This document shows positions 11,999-24,495 of a stretch of DNA of 60,000 nt, piece after piece (position 1 is the first letter of the stretch; every line of letters begins with the position of its first letter). This DNA comes from Lama glama (taxonomy: Eukaryota). Made by a program: the position numbers and the translations under genes. A model generated the notes under the pieces. That model ran no database searches, was not told the DNA's origin, and was given only the letters and a program-made list of their open reading frames with translations. The DNA lies in contig CM052816.1 in assembly GCA_028534125.1 (NCBI GenBank), positions 82,090,001 to 82,150,000 on the forward strand. Direction: 5' to 3'.

Positions 11999-12293
11999 CG
12001 ACGTCAGACATCTCGGGCACAGTCGCCGTGTAAACTTCCTCGGTGAATATCGGCTCATTGTCGTTGATGTCATGGATCTTGATGATGAATTCAGACTCGG
12101 GCTCCACGGGTCTCCCTGTTTTTCTGTTTATAGCCTGAGCTCGAAGGATGTAAACAGGTTTTTCTTCCCTGTCCAGCCTCTTGGTGGCTTGTATATCCCC
12201 TGTGTTTTCATTGATAATGAAGAGATCTCCTGCTCCATCTCCTGAAAGGATATATTTAAGTGATCCATCTCCTCTATCCTGGTCTGAATGTAA
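11999..12293 (-). CDS. CDH6: Cadherin-6 internal exon (exon 3 equivalent), 295 nt; most of EC1
   Basis: [98 protein letters not shown](G), with RGD, LDRE, QAI and DINDNEP motifs typical of the type II cadherin CDH6. Acceptor ttttctacactag|TTA, donor GTCG|gtgagt. Confidence 0.97.
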
Positions 12294-13426
12294 CTAGTGT
12301 AGAAAAAAAAATTAAAGAAAATAAAAGTCAAGCACGTGATCCTAAACTGTTTGTCTTTATGATGCAATGTTACATTAACTTTCATTCAATTCTTTCTAGG
12401 GGTTGCAGAATTTTTTTCTTTTACTGTTTGCTTAAATCCTCAATAGTAAATGCCGTCCGTTCATGAACATGTTTCCTTATAATTACAGAAATTTCCAGAA
12501 CTGGAACAGAGCTTGAATAAAATTTAGTAATCCTTATTTTGAAGAATGGAAAACTAAAGTCCAGAGCAATAGCAAGATGCCCAAGGACATATTAGCCTGG
12601 CTGGAAAGAAACTATTTTCGCTATTTTCTTATTTTCACGACAGCTCTCACATTCTACTAATACACTCTGCACCTCACTTTTATGTCCACAGATACACCAG
12701 AGAAGACATACTATTGACAAAAGGATTTTGGCTTTTGAATGAGAAGGACTTGAGTACATTCTGCCTCCACACTTTCTTGGTGAATTTAGGGAAGCTAGTC
12801 AATCACCTGGATTCTAATATGATGGAGTTGTAATCAGTTTTCTAGGAATATGTGAAATTTATTTATTATGAAATTCAACTTGAAGTGTTTGAGAAACACC
12901 TGAAGTGCTGCCAGGCACAATACCTTGAAACCCACCAACTAGGCAACTTATAAGATCACTTGGAATAAGAACATTTAACGTATATTTTAGTTTAATACAG
13001 CAAAGGACCTTCTAAAAAGTACAGGCAGCCTAAAACTGAATAGTCTACCTTATGATGTGGTGGGCTCCCTGCTCCTGAAGGTAATCAAGCAGAGGCTCTG
13101 ATAAATTAACAGCCAGTGAAGAGTTGGATTAAATGAATGTGAAGATAGTACCGAAGTGAAGAGGATGATCCTGACTTGGAAAAGAAGCCCATGTTACTTG
13201 TCCTGAATTTTATTCCCATGTGTTGACTCCCTTGTTGTTTCCTGAGTTCCTTTTCCCCACCTCAGCAAAAGTTTAGGCAGTATCTCATAGGTCTCTAGAT
13301 AATCTAACCCTATTTCACAAGCTTTTTCAAAAAGTAGCTTTTATTAAGGAGAACTATTTGCAGACTTCAGCTGTAAGTATCAGCTACATACAGACAAGTT
13401 AGTTTTAGTGGGAATGCTGCTAATCT

Positions 13427-14036
13427 TGAAACCGAGCAGGACCCTGCGGGGCCCTCCTGGGTACAAAAGCCCCTCCTGTTCCCTGTTCCTTGTTGGTAGA
13501 GACAGGCTTTAGTCCCCTAGGCCTTTCCTGAGTTCTAAAGAGCAGACTCAAGCAGCGACTAGTTAGGGGACCGAGGGGATGCAGAAACAAAGGAAAAGCC
13601 AACAGTTCAGTGATAAAACAGAGTCCTAGTTCCTCCTGAAGGGATATACATAACAATCTGATACATATTTTTGAGTTCTGCAGAAACTAAGACCCCCACA
13701 CAAGGTGGAGGATGGTGACTGCAGGCTACCACAAGCCCATAGACCCCAGACTGGAACCAGAAGTTTGATGATTAAGGTTCCCTAAGCATCACCCTGTAAC
13801 TTCACCACCAACCAATCAGAAAGAGGTCCACGAGCTGAGACCTTCATCCCAAATATTACCTTTAAAAATACATCCCTGAAAGCCCCTGGGGAGTTGGGAT
13901 CTTTTGAGCATGAGCTGCCTGTTCTCCTCACTTGCTGCCTGCAATAAACGCTGTATTTTCCTTCATTATAACACGGTGTCAACAGATTGGCTTTGCTGTG
14001 TGGCAGGCGAGCGGACCCAAATTCAGCTTGGTAACA
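13427..14036 (+). mobile_element. Solo endogenous retroviral LTR (ERV1/class I type), 610 bp
   Basis: Begins TGAAAC and ends GGTAACA. Flanked by a perfect 4-bp TSD ATCT (13423-13426, 14037-14040). Internal CCAAT box (accaatcag, 13811), TATA-like tttaaaaa (13861) and AATAAA (13943-13948) occur in U3-R-U5 order. Confidence 0.88.
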
Positions 14037-14224
14037 ATCTCCGCCTCATTTCAACTCTAAACAGAATATGGGCCATGTTGCAACCGTCATGGCAACAACA
14101 GCAACAGGGAAACCAACTCCGTGTCCTCGCGACCAATACTGCATGGAACGTTCGGAGTAGTGTCTACAAACCCGTTTGAAAACTGAATCTCAGGGGAAAA
14201 GGGAATTTCAAAAATAATTTAACC

Positions 14225-14520
14225 CAGCCTTTCTAAAAGTGTATCCCCTGGAGTATCATTTGTACAAAATGCTGAGGGAAAAAGGGCTCTGTGGCCCAAT
14301 ACGTTTGGGAAACATTTCATTTTCTGCCTCTTCCTTGGAGGCACCCAGTGCCCATTAAGGCTGGAAAGGCTGTGAGTGCCTACAGTCCAGATCTATACTG
14401 CTGAACTTTATTTCTCTGGCTTTCCTGAACTTTCTTACGTAATGAATTTTTTTGGGTGTGATTCATATTGATAGTCCTCAAAACAGTTTTCCAAGAAACA
14501 CATTTTGGGAAACATGAGCT
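14225..14520. mobile_element. hAT-Charlie-type DNA transposon remnant
   Basis: aaagggctctgtggcccaatacgtttgggaaac and terminal cacattttgggaaacatg. A similar motif occurs at ~628-662. Confidence 0.45.
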
Positions 14521-17366
14521 AATTGAATCCATCATTGCAGAGTCAAGAAAACGGAGGCTCCAGTTTATGGGGCATCTCCCAAATTGCACAGCTTGTGTGA
14601 GAGTCAGATTAGAACTTGAGTGCAAGAAGGGATTTATAAGTTATTCCGTGCACCCTCCTTGTTTCAAGAGATAAATTATGTCCAGTGCCACACAGCTCAT
14701 GCTTGTTAATCGTAGAGTTCAAGGAAGAGAGTATTATTCACACAATTAGTAGCCTTGAAAGCAATTCTGACAGAAATAATGCAAAAGATAAATGGGAACG
14801 GGGAGGAAATTGCTTAGAAGTGAGACAAATGTAATACGAAATGTAAAACAAGAGCGCTCCGTGATTGTGCGGTGTGATGTGATAAGAAAACGCTGAAGCC
14901 CTGATTACACAGAAAGAGCCACTGGGGAAGATTTTAACTCTCCATCGTCAAATTCTAATGACTGAAGAGCACTCTTGTAAAGCTATTTCATTAACTGGTG
15001 AGTAACAAAACCACAGTCACTGCCCATCGGATCTGGCTCCAGGGCAGCCACCTTCTGCAGCCCTGCGCCATGCAGGGGGCATCACACAAGGAGTCTCAAG
15101 TGTGGGCCTTGCTCATTCTCTCTCACTCACCAAATACAAGATGGTAGGAGAGTCAGTTAACCTCCTTGTGCCAGGATCTTCATCAGTCATATGAGGATGC
15201 TAGAGCTACAGGACAAGGCTGTCATAAAGAATGTAGAGACTATACAAATACTGTATTAATTCCTACATAAATGTGATAAAAGTACATGTTTTATAAATTA
15301 TAAAGTGCCTTCCGAATTTAAGATATTGTTACCATTATTAGCTCTTAGTTCATAAGACAGGTTTTTGCTTGTATTTTGACTTTGAGAACTTTGTCTTGAG
15401 GACTTTGAAAACCCAGTTTTACAAACACATGATATCTCGAAGGTAAAATCCGTTATCAAAAGCCAGCATTCTTCTACTGGGTGGCAATTGCTGTCTTTCC
15501 CTGTGATTTATTATATTCTGCATTCCACTAGATCATAGACTCCCTTCGGCGGGCTCTTTCATCATACTTTCAATATGTAATTGTTGCACACTTAGTAGGT
15601 GAATACCACATCTGGTCACAAGATTTATTCAGGTAAAAGTAATCAGAAACTTATTTTTAGCTGTCAGGAGAGACCATTTTGATGACTTATAGAACAAACA
15701 CCGAGAGGATATAAAAGGGCAGCGGAGACGCCAACTAGGAGCGTGAACAGGGATTGCTCTGCAGATCCCAATTCTGATTTATCAATATTTGAAAACTAGT
15801 GGGAAAATGCATCTCTTCGCTCGGGCTTTGTATGATCATAAAACAATTTAACCTCATCCCCCTCCAAGTGCAGGGTCTGCATCTGATGGAGTGCATAGAC
15901 AGAAACCTCCAGAAGCCTTTGTGTGCTCCCCTTCCGTGGAACTCCCCTGAGGCCAGTTCTTTTCCCTCTTCTTGGGGAAAAGAGGAGACGTAAGACATCA
16001 GGGCAAGTAAAAGCGGTGGTGACAAGCAGACATTACGGGTTTATTGAGCTCTTAGATTTTAATTGGATTTTTCCTTTTGTGATGTCATTCATCATGGCTA
16101 CTGTAAAAGGCAGAAGTTAAACAACAACAAATAAAAGGTTGTAGGTTTCCTGAGGCATGTTTTTACTAATTTCAGTTTAATGTGGCTGTTCCATTAAGTT
16201 TAATCATCTGGTTCACTTTTAACGATTCGCCATCAAGTAAAAATTATCCACTTCCCTCAGAAAGGCATCTGGGGCTGGCAGGACTTTATTTATTTTTTTT
16301 AACTACTGTACCTGTAGCATTTTGTTGCAGAAGGAGCTCTTGGTTTTTGCTTGTTTTTCTGTTGATTTATTACTATTTTTTAAAATGCAGCACCTTGACA
16401 AACAAATACAGGGATTCGGGGTTGTAGGCATGGCCCCGTGGCAGGCGTCACCAAAGCTGTGCCAGTATCTTTTTACCTGTTACATGTGCTACTTCTCAAC
16501 TTGATTTTGACTCTAATTCAAAGGTGTAACACTAATTGTGCAGGTTTTTAGTGGTTTATGGAGGTAGTTAATGCTCCCCCTCCCTCCCATTACCTATGTG
16601 TTACTGAGTCACTTATCTGAGTCAGTAAGCAAACGGCATCTTCTACGTATATGCATCTCTGGGACAGAAAGCAGAGTCTAAACAGAAGCTGACCTTCAGG
16701 GCACAGCTGGAAGTACCTACAACATCCTGAAAGGGGCTTGGGGAGGGAATCGTGTGATTTTTTTGCTGAAATGAAAAATTGGATTATGGCCTAATGTTCA
16801 CAGAGTGTAATGTGGCCCTTTAAGACATGTAATGATTTCTAACCAGAGATGTCATAGGACAGAGAACAGCGAAAAGATGCTGTCCGATTGGGACTGAAGT
16901 GTAGAAACTGGAGTTACAGCAGAGAGAACACTTGCGTGCTAAATAGATTGAATATTGTTTTAGATTAAGAAAATAAACTTACAGTCAAATTGAAGGACAA
17001 ATTGAAGCTTAACTGAATTCAGTATGTATATGTGAATGTATATATATACATACATCTCTCTGCATAATGCATGCACACATAATGATAATAAATATGCTTA
17101 AAGTTGTAAAAATTGTGAAGAGCTTGTTGGGTAGAGTTTATGTCATGAATAAATTTCTTGAAGTACATGGCAGGGATTAGGAAGTGGATTCTGTTTTAGA
17201 AATCATAGGGTTAGGTAAATTAAAATATCTTAAAAAATTTTATAGTATATATTTTAATATGCTATATTTGAATGTTAGTGATTTAGTATGAGTTAACTAA
17301 GTTATTTTACAAATTTAAATGCCGATGGCAGCATAGTATTGTGGCAGTGGCTGGAACTAGTTAGTC

Positions 17367-17486
17367 ATGCAAATTCTCAGGCCCTACCTACCTCCGGAAA
17401 GTCAAAGGGTGTTGCCCAGCCCAGCAATCTGTGTTTTAAGAAGCCCTCCAGGTAACTCGATGAATGCTCAAGTTTGAGAACCACTG
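17367..17486. mobile_element. MER5A hAT-Charlie MITE (partial)
   Basis: atgcaaattctcaggccc...cccagcaatctgtgttttaagaagccctccaggtaactc...aagtttgagaaccactg. Confidence 0.8.
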
Positions 17487-17499
17487 TCTTAATTAGCAC

Positions 17500-17745
17500 A
17501 ATCATAATGTTAAAAGCATGGTCTTGGGCAAGGGAAAGAAATGGGTATAAATTCATGCTATGCAGTAGTTGTGTACTTTCAGGGAACCTAGTTAATTTCT
17601 CCAAGTCTCATTTTCCTCACCTACATGATAAGAATAATACCAATACTTAGTTTACAGGAAGGTTGCTCTGAAAATTAATAAAACAATATATATAATATGT
17701 TTAACAGAAGGCCTAGCTCAAGAGATATACTTCAATAAGTTATTC
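17500..17745 (+). mobile_element. MIR SINE
   Basis: gttaatttctccaagtctcattttcctcacctacatgataagaataatac MIR core. Confidence 0.55.
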
Positions 17746-17952
17746 TTGCATCATAAATGTGAAGTATTCAGAGGATGGATTTTAAAGGTGGAAAAATTTT
17801 GGTCTGAAATCTGACTTTCCTATTAATCAACTAAATTAATTTAATTATCTTAGTTTTCATGCTGTCATCTATAAGACAGAACTCAGAATTAACTTTGCCA
17901 GGTATTCCTCCTCTACTTGTCTGTTAAACATTGATACTCCTTAGACCTATGT

Positions 17953-17973
17953 CTTTGTGTGTGTGTGTATACA

Positions 17974-18030
<57 letters not shown>

Positions 18031-18316
18031 TGAAGTATAGTCAGTTTACAATGTTGTGCCAATTTCTGGTGTACAGCAGAATGCTTCAGTCATACATGAA
18101 CACACACATATTCGTTTTCATATTATTTTTCACCATAAGTTACTACAAGACATCGAATATAGTTCCCTGTGCTATACAGTAAGAACTTGTTGTTTATCTA
18201 TTTTATATATATTAGTTAGTATCTGCAAATCTTGAACTCCCAATTTATCCCTTCCTACCCCCTTCCTCCTCTGGTAACTATAAGTTTGCTTTCTACGTCT
18301 GTGAGTCTGTTTTCAT
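17953..18316 (-). mobile_element. 5'-truncated L1 (3' UTR only) with microsatellite-converted tail and 15-bp TSD
   Basis: 18026-18314 is the reverse complement of a 3' UTR similar to that of the L1 at 25480-25750. Perfect direct repeat TCCTTAGACCTATGT at 17938-17952 and 18317-18331. Confidence 0.9.
17956..18025. repeat. Compound (TG)n/(TA)21 microsatellite
   Basis: Read directly; pure TA run at 17984-18025. Confidence 0.97.
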
Positions 18317-21300
18317 TCCTTAGACCTATGTTTTAAGTCCTCCTTGTCTCTCCTCATTTCACATACTTTCCCCAAAAGGGATTATCAACCTTTTTTCAGA
18401 GATTCAACTATCATCTATGTGCCATTAAGGTCCAAATCTCTATATAACCCCAGGGCAGACATTTTCTCAAGATCCAGAGTCAAGGATACAGCTGATTCCC
18501 AGGCAAGTCTCTTGGACAACTTATATTCAGTACTTCCCAACTGACCTCATCACCTTCTCTCCCAAACCATTCCTCCTCTTGTATGTCCCATTTCTACAAA
18601 GACCACCAGAGTCATCCTAGACCTTCCCTTCTGCCTCCATCTCCACATTCATTAAACCACCAACTCTTATCAGTTCTGTCTCTTACCTGTCTTGACTCTC
18701 CTCCTACTTGTCACCATTCCCACTGGTGCCACCCTGGTCCAAGTCACCACCATTTCGCCTTGGTCTATTGTAACAGTCTAACACACACTCAGTCTTGCCT
18801 CCTTTCCATCTGTTTCCTTTCTGTAACTAGACCAGCTTAAACACTACCACCAGCAACTCTGAAGATGCCACTCTCTTCTAATTAAATCCTTTTTTTTTCC
18901 CTCTTTACTCTTGGGATAAAGCCCCCATCCCCACTCCTTAACAAGGTGTCCAAAGTCCACTGCAATCTCAGCCCCTTTCTTTAGCCTCATCAGCTATCAT
19001 TCTCTCCTTGACACCCCTTGTTCTACTGTACCTCCCTTATTGCAGTTTCTTGAAGATATATTAGTCTCTTTTATATCTAGGTCCCCTTGCATGTGGTCCC
19101 CTTGGCATAAAGTCCTTTTGAACATCTTCACCTGGTTAATCTGATTCATACGTCAGATCTTTGTAATCTTTATCTCCTCAGGGAAGTCTTCCCTAGGCTG
19201 ATAGTCTAAGTTATATTTTCTCGCTCTACACTCCCTATTTATTCCCCACTTAGCCATCACTACATTCTCAATTTTGTTTTGAGAATTTCGCACCTGTCTT
19301 CATGTTTCATTCAGCAAACAGCTAGGTTGCAAATTTCATGAAAAAAGGCACCAAACCTGTCTGGCTCACTTCTGCATCCTCAGTGCCCAACATATTGGTA
19401 CATTATAGATCTACAGTAATTACTGATTACAAAGAAAGAATGAATGAATTGTAAAGATAAAATTGGATAAAATATCAATAATCAATGAAGGTTTTTGGAA
19501 CACAGAAGGTAATCCACAAATCTTAGTGTCCTCTATTCCCTTCCTTACTTGATTTTAGGATAACTCTACATATCAAGAATATAAGTTCCTAAAGTTGCCA
19601 GATAATTTAGCAGTTACTACCAAACATGAAGTGCATTGTCTAATATGAGCAATCTGAGGGAAGAATTCAAGTTATCACCTTGGATCTAAAAAATGTTCTT
19701 TAATAAATGATTAAACCTCAATAATAAAGCCAAGTTGTACTGGATTTGTTGAAAAGAGTAGACAAGTTTTAAGTACCTTAAATGCCTTGGCCATTATAAA
19801 TGCTGGGATAGAATTCATCTGTTAAGAGTGAAGAAGCTTCAAGGTTTTACTGAACCATACTTCAAGTATCATCCAGTTGCTGAAACTGATGGAAAATGAA
19901 TGGAAATTGCTCCATTTCGTGGAAACATTGTTCTATTAAAATATAATTTAACTGTCAACCAAAACCATTTTAAAACACTTATTGGCCTGAAGAGCTGATA
20001 AGGCAATGAATTAAAAAAAAACTCATACCTGCCTTCTACATACTTGCAAATTAGGCTTGGAAATGCTGACTCATATATAAAAGAAACCGAATAAAAGCAG
20101 AAATCAGACACTTGTGCACTCTTAAGAAGTATTAGTTAGGAATAAGAAGGTAAAAAAGCCTGGAGAACAACAAAGAGGAAATTTGTAAGCTGGACAAGGT
20201 GAAGTCAGAGAACCTGTTAGCCCTTTGATGGTTTAGGGAGACTTCTTGGAGGTTAGATCACTGAGTGGGGCAAAAAGGCTTAGCCACCAGTATGAGCATG
20301 TGGCATGGTGTCAAGGCACAGTGTGGGAGAAAATCGGAGGAGGCCTTGAATGTGTGCCTGGAGTAATAAAAGCATAACGTCAGCTAAAATAGAAGCATCC
20401 TTCCCTTGAGGTGCAGGGCCACGTATTTTTTCACACTGCACTCAGATGTGCATGGGAAGATGCAGCTTCCTTATTTTTTTTTTTTAGCTTATCCCTCAAG
20501 CTCTAATCCCACTGAGTATTAGGAACTTGATATTAGGTTGAATATTGAGTCAATAATTTAGTGCAATCCAATAAAGTCTTCCTGATTCAATAATACAGTC
20601 TCTTTAGATAACGCTTCTAAATAAATCCCAGTATTTCTGTTTTTTGCTTTCTCCCTTTGCCCCTGATTCAGCCCAAGATGACATCTGGGTGTATGAAGAG
20701 GAGAGACGCACCTGTCCCAAATCAGAGGGAAATTCGGGGGCTTTTGGAGCCAAGGGCAGTCCTCTACTGCCTCTGGTCCACTGGGCTCTAGACAATAGCT
20801 CTCATCCATTACCTTCCCTGGGGGCATCTGTGGTTTTGGCAGCTGGAATCCCGAGGTTGGCTCTCCAGGGTCCAAGGTGGCTAGCGCCACCCTGCCTGTC
20901 TGATTGCATCATGTACCTCCTAATGTCTGTCACTCCTCCATTGCCCTTGGCAAATGTGGGCCTAGCTACAGGGTAGCTTTGTCTTTGGTAGGTGTTATCA
21001 GTGAGATTCTCCATACTTTCCTTGTTCTGGAGAAGCCCAGGAAGGCTCCTGGGAGCTAAAAGGGGCTTCTCCCTCACCACATGATTTGCCTCAAAGGGAA
21101 AGGAGCAAAAATCACTGTTTTCACCTTTACTCACAAACTTGCCACTATCCTTCCCTGGACTTCAGATACACTGTCTCATGCCAGTAGAAACTTTACATAC
21201 ACACAGGGCTGTGTGTTTGTGTGTTTAATAATCCCTCCCTTGGTTTCAAGAATACCCCACCACTCGAATTTTGGCGGGAGGAAGAGCCAATTATAAAAAC

Positions 21301-21771
21301 CGACAAGATAACTAGAGGAGGAAGAATGACCAGAGCCTGGCACCAATAAGTTTTGGTAATTATATTTATAAGTGGGATTCATGAGTTTTATTTGAGTTGG
21401 CTAGGTCCATCTCTTGATATGTTAAATGGGCTCTGTAAGATTCCAGAAAAATCTCTTTTTCTTTGACAAAACCTAGGATCAGGCAGCCTCCATATCCCGT
21501 GCTCTTTTTCACCATGTTGCCTCTTATGACCAGAAAAACTCTATTCTTCTATACAATATAAATAATTTGATTGATTTTTTTATACCAGTGAAAATAGTTT
21601 ATCTTTAAAGCTGTCTCTTATATGATCAATCATTTGGCAATGGGTCTGTCTGAGATTTGGGAAAATAGTAACACAGATATTTATTAAGGCCATACTATGG
21701 GTCAGGAAATGTGCTGGACTCGTTACACAGATTATACAATTTGTTAGGCAGTGTAACTCTCTTCCTATCAC

Positions 21772-21895
21772 CTCTTAACTGATGAGGAAACTGAGGCAAG
21801 GTAAGAGTTAGGTAACTTCTCAGCATCATACAACCAACAGGAGCAGGATCTGAGCCCAGGAAGTCTGACACCACAGTCTATTCTGTTAATTACAA
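21772..21895 (-). mobile_element. MIR SINE fragment
   Basis: gatgaggaaactgaggcaagg...ggtaacttctcagcatcatacaacc...ggatctgagcccaggaagtctgac. Confidence 0.7.
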
Positions 21896-22049
21896 CATAA
21901 GTATTCTCTCTGGATGTTTACATTCAGTTCTGTGAACATCATTAGAGGTTTATGCTGTACCAAGTAATATTTTAAGTGTTGAGTTACAAGGATCTATCTA
22001 ATTCCAGATTTTCTGACCTCTGCACTACTGACAGTTGGGCTGGGTAACT

Positions 22050-22549
22050 NNNNNNNNNNNNNNNNNNNNNNNNNNNNNNNNNNNNNNNNNNNNNNNNNNN
22101 NNNNNNNNNNNNNNNNNNNNNNNNNNNNNNNNNNNNNNNNNNNNNNNNNNNNNNNNNNNNNNNNNNNNNNNNNNNNNNNNNNNNNNNNNNNNNNNNNNNN
22201 NNNNNNNNNNNNNNNNNNNNNNNNNNNNNNNNNNNNNNNNNNNNNNNNNNNNNNNNNNNNNNNNNNNNNNNNNNNNNNNNNNNNNNNNNNNNNNNNNNNN
22301 NNNNNNNNNNNNNNNNNNNNNNNNNNNNNNNNNNNNNNNNNNNNNNNNNNNNNNNNNNNNNNNNNNNNNNNNNNNNNNNNNNNNNNNNNNNNNNNNNNNN
22401 NNNNNNNNNNNNNNNNNNNNNNNNNNNNNNNNNNNNNNNNNNNNNNNNNNNNNNNNNNNNNNNNNNNNNNNNNNNNNNNNNNNNNNNNNNNNNNNNNNNN
22501 NNNNNNNNNNNNNNNNNNNNNNNNNNNNNNNNNNNNNNNNNNNNNNNNN
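22050..22549. other. Assembly gap, exactly 500 N
   Basis: N run. Confidence 0.99.
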
Positions 22550-23569
22550 TTTTTTTTTTAACCTCAGCAATGAATAATTATAGCTCCCCAACACATGGTT
22601 GAGTGGAAGCTTTTTGTTGGAATATAAGTGAAGTATTTCATAGCGTTCAGCATTTTTAAACCTTTATTCCATTATTATGCATCTTCTTGACGGCAGGCTG
22701 GGGAAGTTGAAAATTCTGCAAGTGAGTGAATTAGTACTATGACAATTAGTCATGCTGGAAAAATGCCATGTAACAGTATATTTGTCATTATGTGGCCTTG
22801 GTACAGGTGTGGAGTGACTGATGACCAATTAGGTAACGGCAATTCTTCTCTCTTAGCTCAGGGATGGTGTATCAAGGGGACTGAGAGAGCATATGGAGAA
22901 AAGCCCTCTGAAGACGTCTATTCATTTCTAGTCGTGAAGATTACATTGAGGTTGACTCAGTGGAAATTACATTTTTCTTAATTTCCCACATTCTCCATTA
23001 TTTGCATAGACAAATCCTGCAGTGAAGAATTACACGTCTGCTGCTGCACTCAGTGTGTGCCCTGCGGTGCTGGCAGGAAAGAGGGATGCAGAGAATGGAG
23101 GTGTCAGCTGTTTAAAAGGCAGACTCCTAAAGGCCATTTTAAAGAAAAATCGGTCCCTGCGGGTGTTGCGTGCAAACTCTACAAGCTGTTGGCACTTGAA
23201 TATTAAATATTAGTTCTTTTTAATATCACAGATACCAAAATGTCATGTATTTCACTTTTTTTTTTTTGGCTGAGGTGGTAATAAGCTTTTAAACTCGTGC
23301 AAATTTAAGCAATATTTCCAAGTATGGTAGAACATCCAGTTTTGCTATAACCCAGCTCCTTTTGTATCACCTTGGCAGGGTAAGTCCTTGTTAAAACTCA
23401 ATACGCAAAATTACTAAAATGACCATGATCTATTCATATTTGGTGTTAGTTTTTTAGAGGGATCAATTTCTCTGTGAAATTCTATGGTAAAAAAAAAATC
23501 TCCAACAAACTGGAAACTGTTGAATATATAACTTAGTAATTCTCATATAATAGTTCCTAGTAGTCAAGA

Positions 23570-23810
23570 TTGCACAGTGGTTAAGATTATCAGTGTTGGA
23601 GCCAGACTGCCTGGGTTTAAATGGCTGTGGATTTGGGAAAATGCTTAATCTCACTACACCTTAGTTTCTTCTTCTGTAAATTTGGGTAATTACAGTAACT
23701 ACCTCATAGGGTGTTGTAAGGATTAAATAAGTCATTACATGCACTTAACACAGTGCCTGGCACTTAGTAAGGTATTAATAAGTATTATCTGGTATTATTA
23801 TTATTACTAC
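23570..23810 (+). mobile_element. MIR SINE, near full length
   Basis: cagtggttaag...ggagccagactgcctgggttt...tacctcatagggtgttgtaaggattaaa...acagtgcctggcacttagtaag plus a (TAT)n tail. Confidence 0.85.
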
Positions 23811-24495
23811 TATTGTTACTGACTATTATTAGCATGGCAAGTGTAGAACCCATCTGTAACATTCTGTAAAAGTCTGCAAAAGATAGTTCCCTCTTAGGCC
23901 AAAAATTTTTTTTTATTTTTCAAGAAGCATTTCCAATGAAGTCAAATTATTTTAAAAATAAAGAATAGAAGCACTTTAAAAATCAGAATTAGTCCATTTG
24001 CTAACTGTTTTCCTTTGTGTGGACTTCAATTCAGGACTTCACAGTAATAATGTAGAAACAAAGAAGGCAGAAGCTTTCTGCCCTCTGCCTGCCTCAGGAA
24101 GAGGAATATGGGCAAAAAAGGAGAGTTCACTGGAGGGCAGAGGGCAGACTCATTCATAGAATCTATGCGTTTTTTTTCCTCTTTCCATTTTATTATGTTA
24201 AGGTTTTGAAAATCATCTTTATTTCATTTAGGTGAAAAAAAATCAGAATTAGCTCCAATGTAATAATTCTGCCCAAATGGTACTGGACAAACACATCTTT
24301 TTATAACTTTAACATGTTGATATGATTCTAATATTATCTCAACCAAGAATTTGATATAGTTGAAAAGAATGATATACCTATTTTAGATTCGAATCTAAAA
24401 ATATGAAATGGAAAAAGCCCCCATATTCCAAGCACGATGTTCGATGCAAAAACCAGGATTCTTAAGGTGCTAAATGGCCATAAGTTTAAGGAAGG

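Larger units (their letters stand above)
17900..19450 (+). mobile_element. L2 LINE fragment (~1.2 kb), interrupted by a younger L1 at 17953-18316
   Basis: Long C/T-rich L2-type body (cactggtgccaccctggtccaagtcaccaccatttcgccttggtctattgtaacagtct) ending in cctcagtgcccaacatattggtaca...gaatgaatgaa. Confidence 0.75.

Noticed and set aside
22025..22594. Long ORFs spanning the first N gap (likewise 44850-45590)
   Set aside because: Artefacts of translating N runs.
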